DNA of 64,000 nucleotides. It comes from Thermodesulfovibrionia bacterium. GTDB taxonomy: Bacteria > Nitrospirota > Thermodesulfovibrionia > UBA6902. The position numbers and the translations under genes are program-made. The stretch is from contig CAVOUK010000007.1 of assembly GCA_963699585.1 (NCBI GenBank), positions 361 through 64,360 of the forward strand, in the 5' to 3' direction. This document shows positions 45,313 to 55,525 of the stretch, in pieces; the stretch's first letter is position 1, and each line of letters starts with the position of its first letter. The notes under the pieces were generated by a model, which searched no databases, had not been told where the DNA came from, and worked only from the letters and a program-made list of their open reading frames with translations.

Positions 45313-46245
45313 TATCTCTTCTTGTTTTTCTTGTGCTCGTACATTTTCAATTCAGCATTGGAAAGCATTTCATCAATAGAGACAGAGAGTTCAGGATTGT
45401 TGAACGAAGTGCCGAAGCTCATAGACACCCTGGAAGAACCGGTCTTATTTGCATTGTACATATCAATATTCTCTTTTAAACGTCTCATGATCATTTCCTC
45501 TGTGTTTCTTGAAAATACGAGTGTAGAGACCACGAATTCATCTCCGCCTATCCTCGCAAGAATATCCGCTTCCCGAAAGGTCTTCCTGAGAATATTTGCA
45601 ATGTCAATTAATCTCTGGTTCCCGGTATCGTAGCCCAGTTCATCATTTATCATCTGCATATTGTCCACCCCGATATATATTATCAGCATCCCCTTCTTTT
45701 CCCGGTGGGCCGCCTTTATCTGCTGCTCTGTCATACTCATGAATGTATGAAGATTATAGAGGCCTGTCAGTTCATCTTTTGCGCTGATATATTGAAGCAA
45801 TTCATCGGCATGTTTCCGTTCTGTGATATCATAGGCAACCCCCTGTGTGCCGATAATATTGCCATTGCTGTCATAAATCGGGATCATGTTGATAACAAGA
45901 TGCACCTCATCCCCATTTTTTGAGAATAAAGTTGTTTCGTGCCCTATGACCACTTCGCCTATACGGCAGTTCCTGAATTCGTTAATGTAAAACTCTGCCG
46001 CTTCAGGTATCTGGAAATCAGAAAAAGGCTTGCCGAGCATGTCCTCTGCTTTATAGCCGTAGCTCTTTTCCCATGCCGGATTGAGAAACGTAAATTGTCC
46101 CCCTGTCATCAGTACGCCATATGAGGATATTGGCTGTATTAACAATATCACGGTAAAGGTCCTCCGCCTTCATCAGTCCATTGTCAGGGCCTTTTGTGGA
46201 TAACTTTTTATTTTTTGCTGTTTTCATAGTCTTTCTCCTTATCAC
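45312..46245 (-). CDS. PAS-GGDEF diguanylate cyclase; frameshift near 46105
   Basis: PAS (FLNPAW...DITERK), DELTGLYN, RxxD I-site READ, RIGGDEF. Confidence 0.88.
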
Positions 46246-46343
46246 TAAGGTTTTACCATAAATTCATTTAAATTTCTACATGATGAATTGTCCAGTCTGC
46301 TTTTCAGTATATATATTATACGGCTTTTTATAGTACTTCTTTA

Positions 46344-46388
46344 GACCCCTCTTTCCCCCTTAATTTAAGGGGATGAAAGGGGGTTACC
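46344..46388. repeat. C-rich/G-rich hairpin element
   Basis: GACCCCTCTTTCCCCCTTAATTTAAGGGGATGAAAGGGGGTTAC; related to the insertion at 14719-14758. Confidence 0.6.
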
Positions 46389-46530
46389 GGACATGCCGCA
46401 ATGACATTCTAATTCAATCAAGCATCTTAAAATGTCATTCAGGTTATTTAGAGTTCATTGATTAAATTTAATTTTATTAGCCATTATGCCGATATATTGA
46501 TATAGCTATTATTGTAACTGGTGGATATTT

Positions 46531-48181
46531 ATGGAAATCTGTGAACAGCTTACAGTTGTAAGAAACATAATTCAGGCTATCCTGAAGGCCAAGAAAATAC
46601 TGCAAATGTATCCGGCCAACAACCCGATATACATAAAAACCCTCAAAGATTTATCGGAAAAGTTCGATGAATTTTTCGAATCCGGGGAGATTTTAAAGTT
46701 TCGTATCGGCAAGAATGACATTTTTTATGATTCTGAGTCTGTCTATCAAAACACTGAAATGCATGACAATCTTGCCCTTTTATTCTTTAAAGACGGGCTG
46801 CGTGAGCTGACATTTAAAAATGGATTAACTACAAAAGAAACAGAAGATTTTATTAAGATCATTTCTATCGATTTTGAAAGGGACGAAATTGAGGAAGATA
46901 TCATAACATTGTTCTGGGAGAAAGATTTCGAGAACATACATTATATTGTTGAAGACATCTTTTTATCTGATGGAGCTGATTATGAAAAAAAGGCAATGAA
47001 TGAATTACAGCAAAAATCATCCGGTCCTGACAGTATAGAGGAGATTTACACCAGTATATCAAGTGAAGAGGAGGGGGCAGCAACTGAGATCATACTCCCC
47101 ATAACAGATGATGATATTCGTCAGCTACTGGAAGAGTTTCAAAACTACTCGCAGGATAAAACATACAAATATTTCAACATGCTGTTTGAATGCCTTAATG
47201 AAGTTGAACACGAAAAAGAGTATCAAAACATCGTCAATTATTTCATGATGGCCATAGAATTTGCGATAAATAAAGGAAATCTTCTTGCAGTTGTAGATGT
47301 GCAATCAAAATTAAAAGATCTGATCGATGATGAAAAAGACAGATGAAACAATCAGGCAACTGGCTGCAAAAATTCTTTCTTTTACCGGCGGCTATTCGAT
47401 TATTGAGCTCATCGGAAATATGCTTAACAACGGTTACCCAGTTTGAAGAAACTGTTTTCAGGAGGTTTTGCCGGTTTCCTTAATACAAATGCGGTCCCGC
47501 CGCTTATCAATATACTCGGGGAGTTAAAAACCATACATACAAGAAAACTGGTCATTGACGCTCTGGTAGATTTAGGCAAAAAAAATACTTCATTTTTCTA
47601 TGAGGGACTGAACGATTCAAGATGGTATGTTGTCAGGAATATGGTTCATATACTTAGAAAGATCGGGGAAAAAAGTGCAATTAATTATCTTCTGAAGCCT
47701 TTGGAACATGAAGATATCCGGGTGAAAAAAGAGGTCATCAGGACCCTTGGGGACCTTGGCGGTGATAAAGCATTAACAGCCCTGAGAAAGTGTATCCACG
47801 ATAATAATATACATTTAAGAAGGACCGCACTAAACGCTCTCGTGAATATGGGTACCGAAGCGGCAAAACAGATCATAATGGAACAGATCTCAGACAAGCA
47901 GTTTAATGAAAAATCTTTTTACGAAAAAAAATCGCATTTTGAAGCCCTGGCAAACTGGAAGGGACCGGGATGTCCATGATTTTCTTGTAAAAATATTGGC
48001 CCGGAAATCACTTTTCAATAGTTCAAAGGATTATGACAAAAAGGCCTGCGCTGTTTACTGTCTCGGGTTGCTTGGCAGTAAAGACGCCGTTCCTATACTA
48101 AGTGCATACAAGAAAGCATCTAATAAAATATTACGTGAATTTTCATTCAGTGCGATACAGAGGATAGAAAATGGGATATAG
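46531..48181 (+). CDS. HEAT-repeat protein with a conserved N-terminal domain; frameshifts
   Basis: ORFs 46531, 47443 and 47906; LNDSRWYVVRN, LEHEDIRVKKE and HDNNIHLRRTA HEAT repeats. Confidence 0.8.
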
Positions 48182-49571
48182 TATAAATTTTGAACATATT
48201 AACAAATATACAGAGGTAACAAATCAACTCGCAATATTTCTGCGAACAGCCAAGATACATAATATGAACAATACCGCTGTTACCTCAGCTACTGATAAAT
48301 TCGTATCTCTGGTAAACGATATAATACGCCTTGAAAATTGTATAGTTATTGAGATAAGGGGGGAATATTTTTATTTTAATGATCACAGGATACGTTATTC
48401 CCCTGAATATATCCTCAATCTTGATTACCTTATCAGAGAATTTAAAAAAACAGAACTTGGGACCATTCTCATCAAAGACAAAATAATCCCTAAAGATATC
48501 AGTGTTTTTATTGACGTATATCTTAAATCACATTTATCAGAAGACCCTTTTGATTATTTACAAGAAGGATTGTCGGGTTTGTCAGGCATTGAAGTAAAAA
48601 AAATTCAAAACATCTCAGAAGAGATCCTTGATAAAAGAAAGGTCGCCAGAAAGACATATTTTAATGCTGTATCTTCTTATAAGGAAATATTTAATACAGT
48701 CAAGATTGATGAAAAAATAAATCTGAAAAAGGCAAAAAGGGTAATTACATCGGTGATCAATCAGATCATCGACCAGGAACAGATCCTGCTCGGAATGACA
48801 ACAATAAAAGACTACGATGAATATACTTTTCATCATTCAACCAATGTCAGCATCCTGTCTGTCGCTTTAGGCCGGAGAATGGGAATGAACCATAAGATGC
48901 TGATCGAACTCGGCATAGTGTCCCTTTTTCATGATATCGGCAAGATCGATGTACCTAACGAACTACTGAATAAACCGTCGAATTTGACAGACAGTGAATG
49001 GCATGTTATCAGAAACCACCCTAAATGGGGATTAACTGCACTATTAAAAATGAGGGACCTTGATGACCTTACAATTAACTCTGCCATAGTCGCCTTTGAG
49101 CACCATATGAATATTGATCATTCCGGTTATCCTCAGGTAAAAAATCCTTCAACACTTGATCTGTTCAGCAGAATCGTTAGCATTACTGACCAATATGATG
49201 CCATGACCTCCAAACGTATTTATACAGTCAACCCGCTGTCGCCGGAAGCGGCCTTAAGAGAATTAATGGAAAAAAGCCGTGAAAAACTGGACCCGCTTAT
49301 TTTCAAATTTTTTGTAAATATGATCGGCATTTATCCCATCGGAACACTTGTTATGCTCAATTCAGGAGAGCTTGGACTTGTTTTTGAGAACAATCAGGAC
49401 TTTCTGCACAGACCCCGTGTAATAATCATTTCTGATAATAAGAGCAATTTTATCAAAGGACATATTTTGGACCTCGCTGACAAAAATGGAAATGAAACAT
49501 ATTTGAGGACAATAATAAAAACTATGGATCCAAGAAAATATAATATCAATCTCGCGGAATATTTTCTATAG
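48171..49571 (+). CDS. HD-GYP domain phosphodiesterase
   Basis: YTFHHSTNV, HDIGK, EHH...SGYP, DQYDAMTS, GIYPIGTLV. Confidence 0.9.
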   Translation: MGYSINFEHINKYTEVTNQLAIFLRTAKIHNMNNTAVTSATDKFVSLVNDIIRLENCIVIEIRGEYFYFNDHRIRYSPEYILNLDYLIREFKKTELGTILIKDKIIPKDISVFIDVYLKSHLSEDPFDYLQEGLSGLSGIEVKKIQNISEEILDKRKVARKTYFNAVSSYKEIFNTVKIDEKINLKKAKRVITSVINQIIDQEQILLGMTTIKDYDEYTFHHSTNVSILSVALGRRMGMNHKMLIELGIVSLFHDIGKIDVPNELLNKPSNLTDSEWHVIRNHPKWGLTALLKMRDLDDLTINSAIVAFEHHMNIDHSGYPQVKNPSTLDLFSRIVSITDQYDAMTSKRIYTVNPLSPEAALRELMEKSREKLDPLIFKFFVNMIGIYPIGTLVMLNSGELGLVFENNQDFLHRPRVIIISDNKSNFIKGHILDLADKNGNETYLRTIIKTMDPRKYNINLAEYFL

Positions 49572-49615
49572 CATGTCCGGGTCGCACCGGCAAAGCCGGC
49601 AATTTTTTGAAAAAC

Positions 49616-51347
49616 TTATGCAAAGTGCCAGCAATATGTAATTACGCCTGTGAGTATGAAATTACTGTCTATGATCGCCTCGAATAACCTGCTTGCCTGA
49701 ATTCTTCTTTTCTGGAAAATATATAAACATGCTACCATGAAGACCGGTGATATAACTAAATAATACCCGAGTGAAGGCACAAGACCAAAGCCAGCGGATA
49801 AAGACATGAACAGGCCTATAATTACAGTAAGAATAAGCAGCATGGTTTGTGTATGCTTCGGACCTAATAGTATCGGGATGGTTTCCCTGCCGACTATCCT
49901 GTCTCCCTCTATACTCACGATATCAAAGACTACCGACCTTATAAACACTGTTAGAATGACAAACAACAAAACAGATATTGACTTGTAAGAGAAATAAATT
50001 CCCTGGTTCAGCATGGGAATGATGACAATAACCCAGGCCCAGGCGAGTGATACAAAAATATCCTTTGATCCCGGCAGGTCCCTGAACCTCTTATACCGCG
50101 TGAGATGCTGCAGCCTTTCAGGCACGATCCTTAACCTGTAAAGGATTCCCATAAGATAAGAAAACAGCAGGAGGATAAAATCCCTCATACTAAGCACGTA
50201 TGACAGATACAGACAAACTAAAGATGCTATCATAGCCGATATTATCAGGGCTTTCCCGTAATCCCTGAAGAATCTCATTCTTGCCGGATCAGAAAATTCG
50301 TCTTTCAATCTTTCATTATAACGGTTGAAAACATGCACTCCAAATACATAAAAAAAGGCGATCAGTAAAATGGTGGAAGAAGGCCTGTCACATAAAAATA
50401 TCATGCTAACATAACACATGCTTACAGCGCCGAGGCTTAAATACAGAGTGCTTTCCACCATAAATCCGCCGACACTTTCGAGAAATCTGTACAACCTGCC
50501 GCGCCTTTTTTTCAGGAGATGCTTTATTCTGTCTATTACTTTTATGATGACCCAATTGGGAGTTGAAGCTCCGGCCATTACGCCGATGTTTTCATATTGT
50601 TCAAGGCCGATATTATCAAGTTCATCTTCGTTCTCGATATGAAACGACGGCGTGCCTGTAGTGTGGGATATTTCATATAACCTTCTGGTATTTGCGCTGT
50701 TCTTCCCTCCTACAATGATCATTGCGTCAACTTCCCCTGCAAGCTCCAGGACTTCCTTTTGACGCATATTTGTTGAATCACAGATTGTATCAAATATTCT
50801 GACGTCAGGGACCTTCTTCCGTATTTTTTCAATTACTGCCTGAAAGAGCGTCCTGTCCTGTGTAGTCTGTGCAACAACACAGGCTTTATCCATATACGGC
50901 AATTTCTCTACATCATCAATATTTTCAACAACAAAACCCTCCCCGTCCGAATATCCGAGCAGCCCGTTCACCTCGGCATGTCCCCTGTCGCCGACAATAA
51001 TTGTCCTGTACCCATCCTTGACTTCTTTTTTAATTATTGCCTGTGCCCTTGCAACATGAGGGCATGTTGCATCACATACCACATTGCCTGTTGCTTTTAA
51101 TTTTCTCCTCTCATGAGGGAGCAACTCCATGTGCCCTTAATATTACCGTTGCATCCGAGACAGAACTGTTTTTATCAAGGACCTCCACCCCTTTCTGTTT
51201 CAGCATTTCTATGGCCTGTGGGTTGTGAACAAGAGGCCCGTAAGTAAATAAGGCGCCTTTCTTTTTATGGGCTGCGTCAAGGACTATGTTCATGGCCCGC
51301 CGGACTCCCATGCAGAAACCGGCGGTCTTGGCAAGCTTAACCTTCAA
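49616..51347 (-). CDS. ispH: IspH (HMBPP reductase) fused to a C-terminal UbiA-like multi-pass membrane domain; frameshift near 51115
   Basis: AGFCMGV, RAHG, DATCPHV, QTT, DTICDST, SANT, AGASTP, followed by about 290 aa with about eight TM helices and DIVSIEGDRIVGRETIP. Confidence 0.9.
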
Positions 51348-51387
51348 TTAATGATCTCCTTAACCTAAATCATATAAAAAAGCATTG

Positions 51388-51497
51388 GCCACAAACTGAC
51401 ACAGACAAACAAAAGTAATAGAAGGTAGTAAGAAGTAAGGCAGCTAAAGCCTTTTCTTACTTCCTGCTTAATAATTAAGTCAGTGAAAATCAATTGC
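51388..51497 (+). repeat. Family C element, degenerate copy
   Basis: GCCACAAACTGACACAGACAA...AAGTCAGTGAAAATCAATTGC. Confidence 0.7.
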
Positions 51498-51511
51498 TCA
51501 AGTTATGAATA

Positions 51512-52399
51512 TTATCTTTCAGGAGTAACGGCTCTACTTATGTCTGCCGTGATGTACTCAGCTACTTTTTTCTTATACGCCTGATGCAGCGCTTTGGTGG
51601 TCCTGCCCGGCTCTTTGCCTATTTTCATATTGTCTATCACTGAAACAGGCAGGACCTCCATTGTTGTATTTGATATAAAAACCTCACTGGCGCGACAGAG
51701 TTCATTTTGCCGGAAATGTCCTTCCTTGACCTTAATCCCCAACTCTGTCGCAGCGTCCAGTATTATTCTCCTGGTGATTCCATCCAGTATTCCAACATCG
51801 AGACCGGGGGTGCATAATTTGCGTTCCTTTATAAAAAAGATATTTGTTATCGTTCCTTCCGCAATATATCCCCTGTAATCAAGCATTACTGCTTCATAGG
51901 CGCCCCTCTTCTTTGCCTCGATCTTTGCAAGTATATTATTTAAGAAATTAAGAGATTTTATTTGAGGATCAAGCGCCCCTTTATAATTACGCCTTGTATT
52001 AACTATCGCTATGTTCACCCCTTTTATATAATAAGTTTTCGGATACCCTCTGAATTCATTTGAAATAATCACAAAGGTCGGCCTCGGACAAAGCCCCGGA
52101 TCCAGACCTATCGGCCCTGCGCCTCTTGAAATTGTTATACGGATAACCGCTTCATTTTGGTCATTTGCTTTAAGAGTGTCATAAACAGCTTTCTTTATCG
52201 ATTCATGGGTCTTTGGTATTTTCAGATCAAGCATTGAGGCCGAGCGGAACAGACGCTCAATATGTTCGTCAATTTTAAAAACGATGCCTTTATAAACCCT
52301 TAGAGTTTCGTAGATCCCGTCACCATAAAGAAAACCATGGTCGAAAACAGAAACAAGGGCTTTGCTTTCAGGGACAATCTTTTCATTAAGATAAATCAC
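51512..52399 (-). CDS. ilvE: Class IV aminotransferase (branched-chain amino-acid aminotransferase / ADC lyase)
   Basis: DHGFLYGDGIYETLR, KSLNFLNN, EGTITN, LDGITR. Confidence 0.85.
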   Translation of the reverse strand: MIYLNEKIVPESKALVSVFDHGFLYGDGIYETLRVYKGIVFKIDEHIERLFRSASMLDLKIPKTHESIKKAVYDTLKANDQNEAVIRITISRGAGPIGLDPGLCPRPTFVIISNEFRGYPKTYYIKGVNIAIVNTRRNYKGALDPQIKSLNFLNNILAKIEAKKRGAYEAVMLDYRGYIAEGTITNIFFIKERKLCTPGLDVGILDGITRRIILDAATELGIKVKEGHFRQNELCRASEVFISNTTMEVLPVSVIDNMKIGKEPGRTTKALHQAYKKKVAEYITADISRAVTPER

Positions 52400-52586
52400 G
52401 AATCAGTTTATCACGGCAACAGGCTATTTTCCAATGATGGTATCCGCGATTTATTGACGTATTGGTATTTAATAACTACAATATTCATATCGCAAAGGAC
52501 ACCGCTATTTGCTTAGGATTCATGAAGGACCCCTGCGGCAGAGACCTCAGGGGGGTAATAATCATAAAATTTAGCCGGAACGCCAT

Positions 52587-54008
52587 ATGACCAGAAAAAG
52601 ATTGGGGATATTTTTACTATTTTGCTCGGATATGATATCAATTATTTTTCTCCTTCAATGTTCGATGGTGATCAGAAAAAATATCCTGCCGTATTTTTTC
52701 CATTTTCCGCCGTTCCCCCCGATAAATTTCACTTTTTTCTGGTGGGTGTTCCCGGTATGGCTCTTTTTTTTCGTTTACGAGGGATTGTATTCCAAAAGAT
52801 TCTCTTTCTGGGACGAAGTAAAAACCTTGTGGAAGGCTGTCTTTTTTTCAACGCTCGGAGTATTTACTATTCTGTACCTCGGGAAATCCGGTGAAAAAGT
52901 ATCCAGAACAGTATTGGTCCTAATGGGTTTTATTTCTTTCCCGCTTTTACCAATTATCAGGATCAATGTAAAAAGATTCCTGATATGGACAGGGTTGCTG
53001 AAAAGCAAGGTGCTTATCATCGGGGCCGGCAAGACAGGAAAACTTATCCTTAATGCATTTAAGAAAGACACGAACTTCGGGCTTAATGTTGTCGGATTCC
53101 TTGATGACGACCCGGATAAAATCGGGGGGGAAATAGAGGGCATCAAGATACATGGCGGAGTGGATAAGGCGCAAAAATACATTGGCAAGAGCGGGATAGA
53201 AGATGTTGTCATCGCAATGCCGGGTTGTGAAAAAAATAAAATTATCTCTCTTATCAACAAACTTCAATACAAAACTCAAAATATATTGCTGATCCCCGAT
53301 CTCTTTGGAATAACCGTGCTCGGGACCAACCTGCAGCATTTTTTCCAGGAACAGGCCATAGGGCTTGAAGTAAAAAACAATCTTGCAAGACCGGTCAACA
53401 TCATTATAAAAAAGATTTTTGACATCATTGGCAGTCTTATTTTATTTATTCTCCTTGCTGCTCCTATGCTGATAATCGCCTTTATCATCAGGAGCGGTTC
53501 AAAGGGGCCTGCAATATTTTCACAGGAGCGGATAGGTAAAAATGACAGGCCTTTCCGATGCTACAAATTCAGGACTATGTACGCTGACGCGGAAGAAAGA
53601 TTTAATACATTACTGGGAAACAATCCGGGCGCGCAGGATGAATGGAGAAATCATTGGAAACTCAGGAATGATCCGAGGATAACAAAGATCGGCAGGTTTC
53701 TCAGGAGAACGTCCCTTGATGAGCTGCCTCAAATATTTAATGTACTAAAGGGCGATATGAGCCTTGTCGGCCCCAGACCCGTTACAAGAAGAGAGATAAA
53801 TGAGTATTATAAAGATCATGCAATACTCTGCTTTGGCGTGCCGCCCGGAATAACCGGTTTGTGGCAGGTCAGCGGGCGGAGCAATACAAGCTATGACTAT
53901 CGAATTACCCTTGATTCATGGTATGTAAGAAACTGGAATCTGTGGTTAGATGTCGTAATTCTCCTGAAAACTGTCAGATCCGTAATTAAACAGGAAGGAG
54001 CGATTTGA
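52587..54008 (+). CDS. wbaP: Undecaprenyl-phosphate hexose-1-phosphate transferase (WbaP type)
   Basis: Four N-terminal TMs, KFRTM, DPRIT, SLDELPQ, GDMSLVGPRP, PGITGLWQVSGR. Confidence 0.9.
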   Translation: MTRKRLGIFLLFCSDMISIIFLLQCSMVIRKNILPYFFHFPPFPPINFTFFWWVFPVWLFFFVYEGLYSKRFSFWDEVKTLWKAVFFSTLGVFTILYLGKSGEKVSRTVLVLMGFISFPLLPIIRINVKRFLIWTGLLKSKVLIIGAGKTGKLILNAFKKDTNFGLNVVGFLDDDPDKIGGEIEGIKIHGGVDKAQKYIGKSGIEDVVIAMPGCEKNKIISLINKLQYKTQNILLIPDLFGITVLGTNLQHFFQEQAIGLEVKNNLARPVNIIIKKIFDIIGSLILFILLAAPMLIIAFIIRSGSKGPAIFSQERIGKNDRPFRCYKFRTMYADAEERFNTLLGNNPGAQDEWRNHWKLRNDPRITKIGRFLRRTSLDELPQIFNVLKGDMSLVGPRPVTRREINEYYKDHAILCFGVPPGITGLWQVSGRSNTSYDYRITLDSWYVRNWNLWLDVVILLKTVRSVIKQEGAI

Positions 54009-54129
54009 ATTAGTAATGAACAATGAATAATTAAGGAAGATTTATTCATAAACAATTGCTCATTATTAATTGATAATCATTTAGAGTAATCCTTAATTAC
54101 TCATTACTCATTGTTAATTGTTAATTATT
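54007..54129. repeat. Heptamer palindromic array (TAATGAR / CTCATTA type)
   Basis: GAATTAG TAATGAA CAATGAA TAATTAA ... ACTCATT ACTCATT GTTAATT GTTAATT. Confidence 0.75.
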
Positions 54130-54142
54130 TAAAGGGGGTGTT

Positions 54143-54301
54143 ATGGAAAAATGGAAATGCAGTGTATGCGGCTATGTTTATGATCCTGCGGCAGGAGACC
54201 CTGACGGCAATGTGCCGCCGAATACGCCGTTTGAGAAATTACCCGATGACTGGGCCTGTCCTGTATGCGGGGCCTCAAAAGATCAGTTTGAAAAAGTCTG
54301 A
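54143..54301 (+). CDS. Rubredoxin
   Basis: Not in the ORF track: [52 protein letters not shown]. Confidence 0.97.
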   Translation: MEKWKCSVCGYVYDPAAGDPDGNVPPNTPFEKLPDDWACPVCGASKDQFEKV

Positions 54302-54325
54302 TCTGTGTCCCTGAATGTAACAGGA

Positions 54326-54368
54326 TAAAATAAGCCACGGATACTTTTGGTATACGTGGCTTATTTTA
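54326..54368. terminator. Bidirectional intrinsic terminator
   Basis: TAAAATAAGCCACG...CGTGGCTTATTTTA between convergent genes. Confidence 0.8.
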
Positions 54369-54381
54369 GTTTCTTCACCCT

Positions 54382-54575
54382 TTACTTTGGAACGTCGGTT
54401 GCCTTTGATGTTACCTTGTAGTCAATTCCCGCATCGGCAGGGGTCTTCATCTTGATGACTTTAATAAAACCGTAGCCCATACCGGCATGACAGTTATTAC
54501 AGTGAGAAATCACAGCGTCATGCTCCTTTTCGAAGGCTTTCATGTCCTGGGCCTGTATTGCATTATACAACCCCG
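54382..54575 (-). pseudogene. 5'-truncated c-type cytochrome (cytochrome c'-like C-terminal CxxCH)
   Basis: LYNAIQAQDMKAFEKEHDAVISHCNNCHAGMGYGFI; no signal peptide or credible start; the upstream DNA is the promoter of the next operon. Confidence 0.6.
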
Positions 54576-54615
54576 AATGAAGCCTCTGGTTAATAAAATG
54601 TGTTATCATAATCCT

Positions 54616-55525
54616 ATGAATAAACTTTTCATTTCAATGTCTTTGCTGATATTTCTTTTTGCCGGGTGTGATAACGTTGATGAACCCGCCCCTCAAGAGT
54701 GTAAAATCAGACAAACCGCTAATTATAGGACTTCTGCCTGAGCAAAACATCTTTCATCAGCTTGAGAGATATGACCCTCTTGCCAAATACATTTCCAGTA
54801 AGATAGGGATGAAAATAGAACTGAAGGTCCTTCCCCGATACGGAAATATCATCAACAACTTTGTCTCTGAGAATATGGACGGCGCCTTTTTCGGAAGTTT
54901 CACTTATGCGTTAGCACATTCAAAATTGGGACTTGAAGTCATCGCAAGACCCGAGGGCACTGAAGGTATATCAACCTATCACGGTCTGCTGTTTGCGAGA
55001 AAAGACAGCGGGATAAGAAACATAAAAGACATGGCAGGGAAAAGGCTTGCCTTTGTGGATAAGGCAACAACCGCCGGATACCTTCTACCGCTGGCATATT
55101 TCAAAAAGCACGGGATCGATAATTACAGGAACTACCTCAAAGAAACCTATTTTGCCGGCACTCATGAAGACGTGATCAATGATGTGCTTGACAGGAAAAC
55201 GGATATAGGCGCCGCAAAAAACACCGTGTTTTACCGGCTTGCAGAACAAGACAAAAGAATACTGAATGATCTGATCATTTTTGAAAGGTCACCCGAGGTG
55301 CCTGAAAACGGACTTGCCATGAGAAAAGACATCGACATATCAGTCAGGACCAAAATGAAAGAAATACTCCTTGATATGCATAATGATCCGGACGGCAAAA
55401 AGGTTTTAAAAGATTTCGGCGCTTCGAGGTTTGTTCCCACAAGCAATGATGACTACAAACCTGTTTTTGAATATGCAAAAGAGATAGGATTAAATCTTGC
55501 CACCTATGACTATATAAACGAGTAA
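54616..55525 (+). CDS. PhnD/PtxB/AioX-family periplasmic binding lipoprotein; frameshift near 54690
   Basis: MNKLF...FLFAGC lipobox in one frame, then IIGLLPEQ, DGAFFGSFTY, FVDKATTAGY, FAGTHED. Confidence 0.88.

Noticed and set aside
38240-47350. Additional Sec (UGA) readthrough at the TGA stops ending ORFs 37596..38252 and 46531..47346
   Set aside because: The downstream coding sequence continues in a different frame and the positions are not Cys-equivalent, so these are indels rather than recoding.
52495-52560. Possible riboswitch or leader hairpin upstream of wbaP (CCCCTG...CAGGGG)
   Set aside because: Only a short stem; no match to any riboswitch consensus I can recognise.
54616-55525. 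Phosphonate ABC transporter operon
   Set aside because: No phnC or phnE nearby; the gene is coupled to a histidine kinase instead.
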